DNA of 64,000 bases, from positions 7,688 through 71,687 of the forward strand of contig JAFWMY010000002.1 in assembly GCA_017545485.1 (NCBI GenBank), given 5' to 3'. Of this stretch, positions 53,523-61,400 are shown piece after piece (position 1 is the first letter of the stretch; every line of letters starts with the position of its first letter). Position numbers and translations under genes: made by a program. This stretch comes from Candidatus Saccharimonadota bacterium (GTDB lineage Bacteria; Patescibacteriota; Saccharimonadia; Saccharimonadales; Saccharimonadaceae). The notes under the pieces were generated by a model that ran no database searches, had not been told where the DNA came from, and was given only the letters and a program-made list of their open reading frames with translations.

Positions 53523-54415
53523 TTTTTGCTCTTCCTTATATTAATTGTTTTAACATTTTGAAAACTTGTAGATTCACCTTCTGATTGAAGAGTAATTGTG
53601 GCAGATTCGGTGAATTCCAAGGTATCACTGGTGGTATTTGAACCAGGGATGCGGAATAGAATACTTCTTGCCATTAGATTAAAAAGACGCCAAAAGTTGG
53701 TAAGACGGTCGGTCTTTGAACGAAAAATACTGGGGTTTTTAAAGTCCTCTCTTCCTTTCATAACACGCGCCATATAACGGCCATTAACGGCGGCATAATC
53801 TGAGGTACGAGATGGCTGAAGAACATCATTTAATCTAAAATCTGGCAAAAATACTCTTTTATGGCGATTTTTAAAATACCATTTTGCGAGCTGAGTATAG
53901 GAACTAATCTTGCGGCCGAAGTTAGTTTTTAATTTACGGCGAAGACTGGGGCTATCATAGATTTTAACAGCCTCTCCCATCATGCCGATAGTGACATAAC
54001 AAGTAGCATAGCGATAAAATTTGTCATTAATATAGATTTCAAGGGGATAAAAAACGCTCTGAGTGGGTTCTGACGACACAACTTGCATAATATTATCTAA
54101 GGTTTTGGTGCCGAGGGTATGGGAGAGGTCATTAAAATTGCCATAAGGTAAAACTGCCAAAGTAGCGTCTTTGCCAGATTTTAAAATAGCGCTACTAGCA
54201 ATAACGCCGGTAGCGTCGCCTCCGGCAGAAATAACTAAATCACCATCTTTTAACAGTTTTGATAGTTTTAGGATGTTGTCTTCTATATTAGTGTGAGCTA
54301 CTTCGTACTTTCCAATTATGTAACCCTTGAGATCGGTTAATCGGTCTAAGACTTCTTTTCGCACATCAGAATACCGTGAAGAGCGCGGATTATAAACTAC
54401 TAACAAGCGATTCAT
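53498..54415 (-). CDS. diacylglycerol/lipid kinase family protein (DAGK catalytic domain, YegS/LCB5-like)
   Basis: LLVVYNPRSSRYS...VISAGGDATGVIA. I place the start at the ATG at 54415. Confidence 0.65.
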   Translation of the reverse strand: MNRLLVVYNPRSSRYSDVRKEVLDRLTDLKGYIIGKYEVAHTNIEDNILKLSKLLKDGDLVISAGGDATGVIASSAILKSGKDATLAVLPYGNFNDLSHTLGTKTLDNIMQVVSSEPTQSVFYPLEIYINDKFYRYATCYVTIGMMGEAVKIYDSPSLRRKLKTNFGRKISSYTQLAKWYFKNRHKRVFLPDFRLNDVLQPSRTSDYAAVNGRYMARVMKGREDFKNPSIFRSKTDRLTNFWRLFNLMARSILFRIPGSNTTSDTLEFTESATITLQSEGESTSFQNVKTINIRKSKKCLKVITI

Positions 54416-54419
54416 ATAT

Positions 54420-54803
54420 TTATTGTGTTGGCATGAGCCATTTAACAACGGCATAGAGTATGACATAGGCGACTAAGCCAATCACTATTTCAAACATACG
54501 GCGTTTGGCTTTACGGGTTTTTTCTTCACTGCCGCCGGCAGTTAGATATTGTATACCAACAACTGAGATACCTATCACACCGAGAATGCCAATGCCAATC
54601 GTCATGATATCAATTACGGTATTTAGAATATGCATCACCCCGGAGCCATTGCCATCATCGCAACTACAATGATTTTCACCTAAGATAGCTGTGGGAACGC
54701 ATCCCTCTGGGCATTCACCATCGGCGTAAACTGGAGCAGTGATGCTGCCTAAACTGGCAATTATCGCGAATGCTGTAATGAATAAACTAATTATTTTTTT
54801 CAT
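54420..54803 (-). CDS. secreted Cys-rich small membrane protein with a two-TM hairpin (VirB2/TrbC-pilin-like topology)
   Basis: Signal peptide ending VYA-DG, six Cys in the mature N-terminus, then two TM helices separated by the basic loop GGSEEKTRKAKRR. Strong TAGGAGG SD. Confidence 0.4.
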   Translation of the reverse strand: MKKIISLFITAFAIIASLGSITAPVYADGECPEGCVPTAILGENHCSCDDGNGSGVMHILNTVIDIMTIGIGILGVIGISVVGIQYLTAGGSEEKTRKAKRRMFEIVIGLVAYVILYAVVKWLMPTQ

Positions 54804-54810
54804 ATACCTC

Positions 54811-55785
54811 CTATCTTAAGTATTCGTGTAGTTTTTTTGTGTCTTTGTTCTTGCGAAGTTTGGAAAGGGCTTTGGCCTCAATTTGGCGAATACGCTCGCG
54901 TGTGACATCAAACTCATTCCCTACTTCTTCCAAGGTATGAGGGCGACCACCGCCGATGCCAAAACGAAGACGGATGATTTTCTGCTCGCGTTCAGTAAGG
55001 GTAGCGATGATTTCAGAAAGTTGTTCTTTAAGAATTTGGTTGGAAGCAGCTTCTTCGGGAGAATCGCGTTCTTCGTCTTCCACAAAATCGCCTAATACAG
55101 AATCTTCATCGTCACCGTCACGGCCAACAGAGGCGTCTAGAGACGCGATATCTTGTTTAATGCGCATAACGTAATCAACTTTCTCTGGTTCCATATCTAG
55201 AGCCTTAGCAATTTCATCGTTGGTAGGCTCACGATTTAGCTCTGAAGTGAGCTTGCGAGTGGTCCTTAAAACTTTATTGATAGTCTCAACCATATGGACT
55301 GGGATGCGGATAGTACGAGCTTGATCAGCAATAGCACGGGTGATTGCTTGGCGTACCCACCAGGTAGCGTATGTAGAAAACTTAAAACCTTTTTCAGGAT
55401 CAAATTTTTCAACGGCTCTAAGAAGGCCAGTATTCCCTTCTTGAATTAAATCAAGAAAATCAAGACCACGGCCACCATAACGTTTAGCAATGGAAACTAC
55501 TAGACGCATGTTAGCTTCAACCATTTTGTCCTTGGCTTTTTTATCGCCTTTGACGATGCGCTGAGCAAGATCAGCTTCTTCTTCTGGCGTGAGAAGTGGG
55601 ATTTTGCCTATTTCTCTTAAATAGAGGCGGACTGAGTCATCAGCAAAAGCATCTACATTCTCTGCAGTAATGGCCAATTCTTCGTCTGTTAACTCTTCTT
55701 CGTTTTCTAGGTCCCTGGTCTCAGGCTCTTCAAAGTCTATATTTTGTTCTTTTGCGTTCAAAATGTCGTCATTTTTCAAGTTCAT
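54811..55785 (-). CDS. rpoD: primary RNA polymerase sigma factor (sigma-70 family)
   Basis: [37 protein letters not shown] and [20 protein letters not shown]. Confidence 0.95.
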   Translation of the reverse strand: MNLKNDDILNAKEQNIDFEEPETRDLENEEELTDEELAITAENVDAFADDSVRLYLREIGKIPLLTPEEEADLAQRIVKGDKKAKDKMVEANMRLVVSIAKRYGGRGLDFLDLIQEGNTGLLRAVEKFDPEKGFKFSTYATWWVRQAITRAIADQARTIRIPVHMVETINKVLRTTRKLTSELNREPTNDEIAKALDMEPEKVDYVMRIKQDIASLDASVGRDGDDEDSVLGDFVEDEERDSPEEAASNQILKEQLSEIIATLTEREQKIIRLRFGIGGGRPHTLEEVGNEFDVTRERIRQIEAKALSKLRKNKDTKKLHEYLR

Positions 55786-55807
55786 TATGATAGATTATAA
55801 AGCACTT

Positions 55808-57439
55808 TCACTTTTTTTGCAAATTATTTATTTCGCGGAGAATGTCATAATACTCATCTGATTCTTCATCATAGTCAGACAACTTCTGTTTCAGTATGGC
55901 TATTTGTTGTTTTTTATCTTCTTTTTGATAAAGCGCGAGGAGTTCTGCGGCTTCTTTTTCATAATCATCGGTTTTAGATAGCTCATGCTCAGAATTAAAT
56001 ACTAATTCAAGTTCGGCAAGTTTAGTGTCGTCTTCTGGTATCTTTAATGGGATTTTGGTTTTAGTAACACCACCATATATTTTGAGTGCAAGAAGAGAGT
56101 TTGTGAGTTTTTCTAATTTGGCATTTGCGATGGTAGTTTTGGGTTTTTTAAGGTATTTTTTGGAGGATTGTTCTAGTTTTTTATTCAGACGATCGCCTTT
56201 TTCACGAAGAGTAGCTACGTCAACGCCTAGTTTTTTGGCTATTTTTACTTCGTAACTTGCTCGTTCTATTTCATCTTTAATGTAACTTAATAACTTGATA
56301 GCAACGTCGGAATATTTGCGTTTGTCTTGAGCAGATGAGAGGTCAAGATTTTCTTCGTATTTTTGGAGTAGCCAGTCGGTAGCTGGGATGCTTTTAGTGA
56401 CGGCTTTTTGCCATAGTTTTGGGTCTTTTTGAATTAATTCATCTGGGTCTTTGGCGCCGTGATAATCGGAAATAACCTTTAAATCAACCCCTAAATCGCC
56501 TGCCATCATGATGGCGCGCTCAGTAGCTTTAATGCCTGCTTCGTCGCCATCGTAGGCAAGGCGAATGTCTGTGGTGAGCTTAGAGAGGGTTTTTAGGTGT
56601 TGTTCAGTCATGGCAGTTCCAGAAGTCGCAACCGCCTCTTTGACGCCTGCTTGATGAGAAGAAATAACGTCCATATTCCCTTCTACTATAACAACATAGC
56701 CATTCCTTCGGATTGATTCTCTGGCCTGGAATAAACCAAAGATAAATCTAGATTTGTTAAATAACAGTGTTTCCGGAGTATTGAGATACTTTGGCTCCCC
56801 GTCTTTTAAAATGCGGGCAGTGAATCCGATAACGTCGCCATTAGTATCTATAAAAGGTACTGTCATACGATCACGGAATAAATCAGTCTTAAAGCGGTTG
56901 AGGAGGCCGGCAGTTTCTAGTTCCGCAAGCTTAAAACCGCGTTTTTTAAGTGCTTCAGTGACAGCTTTACCGCTTGAAGGGGCATAACCAATTTTGAATT
57001 CTGAGACTGTTCGGCGATTAAGGTTGCGCTTATAAAAAACATATTCACAAACCGATTTGTTGCGGATGAGACATGCTTGATAGTATTTTGTTGTGAGGGC
57101 AAGAGCTTCTTTTGCGCGTTGCTTTTTGCGGCTAACGGCTGGATCTCCACCTTGATATTTGGAAATATCTACCCCTGCTTGGTGAGCAAGTTTTTCAAGG
57201 GCTTCTTTAAAGCTGATACCCTCTACTTCCATGACAAAAGTAAAGATATCCCCACCTTTGCCGGCGGAGAAATCATGCCAGATACCTTTCTCGGGAGAAA
57301 CCATAAAGGAAGGAGTTTTATCGGGGCCCCAAGGCGAACGGCCTTTTAAATTGCGGCCGGCACGCTTTAACTCTACATATTGACCCACCACGTCCTCCAC
57401 GGCTAACCGGGATTTAATTTCCTCCTTTAGGTCATACAT
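55808..57439 (-). CDS. dnaG: DNA primase (zinc-binding-domain ligands all substituted)
   Basis: TOPRIM (VVIVEGNMDVIS, AYDGDEAG). The N-terminal domain reads GRSPWGPDKTPSFMVSPEKGIWHDFSAGKGGD where the canonical sequence is CPFHxEKTPSF...HCFGCG. Confidence 0.9.
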   Translation of the reverse strand: MYDLKEEIKSRLAVEDVVGQYVELKRAGRNLKGRSPWGPDKTPSFMVSPEKGIWHDFSAGKGGDIFTFVMEVEGISFKEALEKLAHQAGVDISKYQGGDPAVSRKKQRAKEALALTTKYYQACLIRNKSVCEYVFYKRNLNRRTVSEFKIGYAPSSGKAVTEALKKRGFKLAELETAGLLNRFKTDLFRDRMTVPFIDTNGDVIGFTARILKDGEPKYLNTPETLLFNKSRFIFGLFQARESIRRNGYVVIVEGNMDVISSHQAGVKEAVATSGTAMTEQHLKTLSKLTTDIRLAYDGDEAGIKATERAIMMAGDLGVDLKVISDYHGAKDPDELIQKDPKLWQKAVTKSIPATDWLLQKYEENLDLSSAQDKRKYSDVAIKLLSYIKDEIERASYEVKIAKKLGVDVATLREKGDRLNKKLEQSSKKYLKKPKTTIANAKLEKLTNSLLALKIYGGVTKTKIPLKIPEDDTKLAELELVFNSEHELSKTDDYEKEAAELLALYQKEDKKQQIAILKQKLSDYDEESDEYYDILREINNLQKK

Positions 57440-57460
57440 ATGCTATAATTATAGCATATG
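57437..57460. promoter_or_regulatory. perfect 24-bp palindrome containing both divergent start codons and two overlapping back-to-back TATAAT boxes
   Basis: CATATGCTATAATTATAGCATATG. TATAAT is at 57444-57449 (plus) and 57448-57453 (minus), each 8 nt from its ATG. Confidence 0.6.
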
Positions 57461-58096
57461 AACAAGCAGGAATATCTTAATCAGATTTCGGCTACAAGTA
57501 GGCCGGTGGGCACCGCAAAAGGTGGCAAGTTTGGAAAAATTCTATCATCAAAAATTACTATGATTGTAGTGGGGGCTATTGCGCTTTTTATCGTAATTGG
57601 GGCTATTGGTGCAATAATTGGAGGGGCTAAAGGAAACGTAAAAGATAATCTTTTCTCTCTTAAAGTTCATGCTGATAATACTAAAAATGTAATAGACGAC
57701 TATCTTGGTAAGGTTAAATCTTCGGCTTTACGATCTGATGGTTCTACACTATCTAGTTTGTTAGCAGATTTGAACGGCAATATTGAAGGATATGTTACTG
57801 AAAAATACAATATGAAAGCCAATGAGATAGAAAAGAAATTAAATGAGAAAAAAATTGAACAGTTACAATTAGAGAAAGATGATTTAGAGGCATCTTTGTT
57901 TGAGGCAAAAATTAATGGTAATTTGGATAGAGTATATGCGCACAAGATGGCGTATGAAATCTCGTTGATAATGGCTGAAGAAAACCAGATTGCCGGAGCT
58001 TCTAATGATGATAGCTTAAAAGGATTTTTGTCAAATAATTATACTAGTCTGGAAAATTTATACAATAAAGTAGATAGTTTTTCGGAGGCCAAATAA
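57458..58096 (+). CDS. hypothetical membrane-anchored coiled-coil protein
   Basis: 212 aa with one TM helix (ITMIVVGAIALFIVIGAIGAIIGG). Confidence 0.5.
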   Translation: MNKQEYLNQISATSRPVGTAKGGKFGKILSSKITMIVVGAIALFIVIGAIGAIIGGAKGNVKDNLFSLKVHADNTKNVIDDYLGKVKSSALRSDGSTLSSLLADLNGNIEGYVTEKYNMKANEIEKKLNEKKIEQLQLEKDDLEASLFEAKINGNLDRVYAHKMAYEISLIMAEENQIAGASNDDSLKGFLSNNYTSLENLYNKVDSFSEAK

Positions 58097-58114
58097 TACT
58101 AAGAAAGGAGTTTT

Positions 58115-58504
58115 ATGACTAAATCAGAAGAGGCAAAAAAACTAGCCGAGAAGAAAGGTCTAAAGGAAGAATTTATTGAATTTATCAATCGTGGTTCAAT
58201 GATTGATCTCGCTGTAGGTGTGGCAGTAGGTGGAGCATTTACTGCTATTGTTAATTCCCTAGTAAACGATATAGTAATGCCTATTGTAGGATTATTACTC
58301 GGTGGCGTAGATTTTACTGGTTTGGCGCTGCATATTCCAAACTTCTTTGGAACAGGCGATGAAGCCGTCATTGCTTATGGTAATTTCATTCAACATGTAG
58401 TGCAGTTTCTAGTGATTGCTTGGGTAATCTTCATGGTGATTAAAGCTATGAACCGCATGAACCGCAAGCGTGACGAAAGAAAAGCTAAAAAAGAAGCTAA
58501 GTAA
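58115..58504 (+). CDS. mscL: large-conductance mechanosensitive channel
   Basis: [40 protein letters not shown]. Confidence 0.9.
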   Translation: MTKSEEAKKLAEKKGLKEEFIEFINRGSMIDLAVGVAVGGAFTAIVNSLVNDIVMPIVGLLLGGVDFTGLALHIPNFFGTGDEAVIAYGNFIQHVVQFLVIAWVIFMVIKAMNRMNRKRDERKAKKEAK

Positions 58505-58666
58505 AGCATAGTTCTGGTTTTTCGGCGTTGAAACATGCGCCACATAAAAATTACAACAGGTCAGGCGGGCTCGTCCTGGTATTTCAGTACCAGCTACTCG
58601 CCCGTGACTGTTGTAATTTTTATTGGGCAGTTTCAAAATGCCTCAAAACCAGAACTATGCTTTACT
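58500..58666. repeat. 167-nt imperfect palindrome with perfect 22-bp terminal inverted repeats that include both convergent stop codons (element D)
   Basis: AGTAAAGCATAGTTCTGGTTTT (58500-58521) is the reverse complement of 58645-58666. Inner helices are AAAATTACAACAGGTCAGGCGGGC / GCCCGTGACTGTTGTAATTTT and CTGGTA-tttcag-TACCAG. Confidence 0.8.
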
Positions 58667-58949
58667 GAGTTATATTGTAGCTGAGGCGGATTAGGTCCTC
58701 TATTTCAGTAGGGCTTAATTGGCCGGCGAGGACAATTTCTATGCCGCCTTTGCCATAGTAACGAGATTCCATAACTGATTCATATTTCGCTTTGAGATTC
58801 TCGCTGAGCATCTGGTCACAACGAACCTCAATAGTGTTGCGATGCATGACTAGGAAAACAAGTTGATTTTTGTAGTATAAGTCGCGTTCGGGCTCTGATT
58901 TAACCTCATAAGGGCCGATACCACTTATTTTAGAAATGTTAAGTACCAT
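58662..58949 (-). CDS. MmcQ/YjbR-family protein (short)
   Basis: 95 aa; ...VRCDQMLSENLKAKYESVMESRYYGKGGIEIVL...IEDLIRLSYN. GAGGAG SD. Confidence 0.4.
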   Translation of the reverse strand: MVLNISKISGIGPYEVKSEPERDLYYKNQLVFLVMHRNTIEVRCDQMLSENLKAKYESVMESRYYGKGGIEIVLAGQLSPTEIEDLIRLSYNITQ

Positions 58950-59449
58950 TTTAGCTCCTCTATTGAGCCATTAATATCATCTAACGCGCGATGATTTTCT
59001 GGCTTAATGAATTTCTTATTTAGCGCGTTTTCAAAATAAATTTTCCAGGCTGAAACATCTAGCATGCGGTAATGAAGAATTTTATTTAATTCTGGCATTT
59101 CTTTCTCAATAAATTTGCGGTCTTGATGAATTGAATTGCCTGCTAAATAGATTTCTTTGCCGAAATTCTTTTTTACAAAATTCAATAATTCCCTTTCAAC
59201 TGTTTCTATAGATTGCCCGTTTGAGTTTTGAGCGATGAGAGCTTCGCGGGATTTGTTATTTTTATCCCAGAAATCGCCAATCATGCGTTCTTTCATAAGT
59301 TTTTCATCGGTTTTAACTACTGCTTCGTAGGTGGCAATTTGATTTAATTTCATGTCTGTAGCAATGGCAGCAACTTCAAGAATTTTATCTTTGGCTGGGT
59401 CTAGGCCGGTCATTTCTAAATCTAGCCATAATAATTTTGCTTTTTTCAT
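58925..59449 (-). CDS. orn: oligoribonuclease
   Basis: LLWLDLEMTGLDPAKDKILEVAAI...AGNSIHQDRKFI...HRALDD (DEDDh). Confidence 0.85.
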   Translation of the reverse strand: MKKAKLLWLDLEMTGLDPAKDKILEVAAIATDMKLNQIATYEAVVKTDEKLMKERMIGDFWDKNNKSREALIAQNSNGQSIETVERELLNFVKKNFGKEIYLAGNSIHQDRKFIEKEMPELNKILHYRMLDVSAWKIYFENALNKKFIKPENHRALDDINGSIEELKWYLTFLK

Positions 59450-61167
59450 TACATTTCCTCCGGAATTTCAATTCCTAAAATATTTAGCCCATGAGACATG
59501 GTGTTAAAATAGGCTTGGACGAGTTTAAGACGTTCCGGTTCTTCTTCGCTACCAACAACTGGACAGTTTTCATAAAAACGACTAAAGGTTTGGGCAAGTT
59601 CATATAAATAGTTCGCAACTTTATGAGGAGCCATTTCGGCTACTGATTCATTCAGAACTGATATATATTCAAGAATCTTTTTTATTAGGTTTCTTTCACT
59701 TGGATGAAGGTCTCTTGGCCTCGTTTGCTCGCCCGCTTCTTCTTGTACAGATGTTTTATCAAGAATCTTTTTGGCGCGGACGCAAGAGTAAAGGAGATAG
59801 GGGCCAGAATTGCCAGTCATTTTGACAGATTCTTTAGGGTCAAAAACAATATCGCCGCCCATTTTGTATTTTAGGAAAGCATATTTAGTGGCGGCGAGAG
59901 AAACTCTCTCGTCGGTAGAATTATACTCATCTTTTAGTTCGTCTTTGACCATGTCTATGACATCAGTGGCTTTGAGGAAATTTCCTTTCCTGGAAGACAT
60001 CTTGACATTGCCGGGGAGTCGGACCATACCATGAATCAGGTGTGAGGTCTTTGCAACCAACTCTGGGGCAAACTGCTCAATTGATTTGAGAACAACTTTC
60101 ATGTATTCAAGTTGTTCACTACCAGTAATGACAACGGATTTATCAAAGTGATAGTCTGCGTCTTTTTGAAAGATTAAGCCAACGTCTTTTGCTTCATAAG
60201 TGGGGACACCTTCTTGATTAATAAAGACGCGGGTATGAAGACCAAACTTCTCTCCATTGAATACTACAGCGCCTTGAGACACTTCGTAAACTCCTTTGTT
60301 TAACTCAGCTTTGACCTTCTCAAGACCGAGGCTAGCTACGGTAGACTCTGGATAGTATTTGTCAAACTTTACGCCAATTGAATTATAAAAATCTTTGAAA
60401 TAGTCATATGATAATTCCCTGCCACGCCAATAAAGCTTGGCCAGATCACTGTCATGTAAATCTTCAGAATTGATGTGATAGATTTCTTTATTTAACTTGG
60501 TAATTTCGGCCTTTGCAGCTTCATCGTCCTCGTAAGCAGTAGTGCCTTCAACATAGCATCTAGAGATATCGTCAATAGTGAGGTCAGCCAAATCCTTTTG
60601 TTTCATGATATACATGGTTTTTGCTACATGGAGACCAACATCACCACCAAAATTTGCACGAATTACTTTAGCGCCAGCGTATTCAAAAAGACGGCTAATA
60701 GAGTCACCTACGATAGACGTATACAGATGTCCGACATGAAGGACTTTAAAAGGGTTTGGGTCGCTAAACTCGCAAACGACAGTTTTTCCCTTATATTCAT
60801 CTGAAACATAGTCGCCATTTAGCTCTTTAATTGCGTTTTGTAAATAACTATCTGATAATGTAAAATTTAGGAAGCCCGGAGGAGTGGTTTCTACTTTGGG
60901 CGGATCCTGCCAAACCTTTTCCTCCCCCATTTCGCTTTCGGTGGATAGGGGATCCTCTCCAGGTCTGTCGCCCGCCTGTGCAATCTTCTCTGCAATAGCC
61001 TTTGCAATATCCATTGGCGATTGGTGTATTTCTTTAGCGAGTTTTAATGGAACATTTGAGGAATAGTCTGCATCAATGTTGTCTGGTGAGGGGGTGAGTT
61101 CTGGATTATAATTAAGGCCATAAAGGCTTTGAATAACTTTTTTAAGTTGGTCTTTTATCTCTTGCAT
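59449..61167 (-). CDS. argS: arginine--tRNA ligase
   Basis: SDPNPFKVLHVGHLYTSIVGDSISR, KMSSRKGN and a C-terminal anticodon-binding domain ending in M. Confidence 0.9.
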   Translation of the reverse strand: MQEIKDQLKKVIQSLYGLNYNPELTPSPDNIDADYSSNVPLKLAKEIHQSPMDIAKAIAEKIAQAGDRPGEDPLSTESEMGEEKVWQDPPKVETTPPGFLNFTLSDSYLQNAIKELNGDYVSDEYKGKTVVCEFSDPNPFKVLHVGHLYTSIVGDSISRLFEYAGAKVIRANFGGDVGLHVAKTMYIMKQKDLADLTIDDISRCYVEGTTAYEDDEAAKAEITKLNKEIYHINSEDLHDSDLAKLYWRGRELSYDYFKDFYNSIGVKFDKYYPESTVASLGLEKVKAELNKGVYEVSQGAVVFNGEKFGLHTRVFINQEGVPTYEAKDVGLIFQKDADYHFDKSVVITGSEQLEYMKVVLKSIEQFAPELVAKTSHLIHGMVRLPGNVKMSSRKGNFLKATDVIDMVKDELKDEYNSTDERVSLAATKYAFLKYKMGGDIVFDPKESVKMTGNSGPYLLYSCVRAKKILDKTSVQEEAGEQTRPRDLHPSERNLIKKILEYISVLNESVAEMAPHKVANYLYELAQTFSRFYENCPVVGSEEEPERLKLVQAYFNTMSHGLNILGIEIPEEM

Positions 61168-61197
61168 AAAATAATTATACCATAATTAATAGGGATA

Positions 61198-61206
61198 TGA
61201 TATAAT
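61198..61206 (+). promoter_or_regulatory. extended -10 promoter element of tRNA-Gly
   Basis: TGATATAAT lies 9 nt upstream of tRNA position 1. The same 9-mer class occurs upstream of rnpB, tRNA-Arg and tRNA-Val. Confidence 0.5.
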
Positions 61207-61215
61207 GAAGAGGTT

Positions 61216-61290
61216 GCGGGTATCGTATAGCGGCTATTATGTATCCTTCCCAAGGATGAGATCAGGGTCCGACTCCCTGTACCCGCACCA
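61216..61290 (+). tRNA. tRNA-Gly (anticodon CCC), CCA encoded, T-loop TCCGACT
   Basis: GCGGGTATCGTATAGCGGCTATTATGTATCCTTCCCAAGGATGAGATCAGGGTCCGACTCCCTGTACCCGCACCA. Anticodon stem TATCC/GGATG, loop TTCCCAA. Confidence 0.85.
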
Positions 61291-61298
61291 GAGAAAGT

Positions 61299-61324
61299 AA
61301 AAATAACCACTTGTGGTTATTTTT
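61299..61324 (+). terminator. first terminator after tRNA-Gly
   Basis: ATAACCA cttg TGGTTAT (61303-61320), then TTTT. Confidence 0.65.
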
Positions 61325-61357
61325 AGTTTCTGTGGAGTGGAGCCTAGGGAGAGCAAT

Positions 61358-61375
61358 CTCCCTGTACCCGCACCA
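61358..61375 (+). repeat. 18-nt direct repeat of the tRNA-Gly 3' end (second copy)
   Basis: ctccctgtacccgcacca is identical at 61273-61290 and 61358-61375. The second copy is preceded by the T-arm-like hairpin GGGAG agcaat CTCCC. Confidence 0.9.
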
Positions 61376-61377
61376 AT

Positions 61378-61400
61378 AAACGCCATAGTGGCGTTTTTTT
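61378..61400 (+). terminator. second terminator after the tRNA-Gly repeat
   Basis: ACGCCA tag TGGCGT (61380-61394), followed by T7. Confidence 0.75.
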
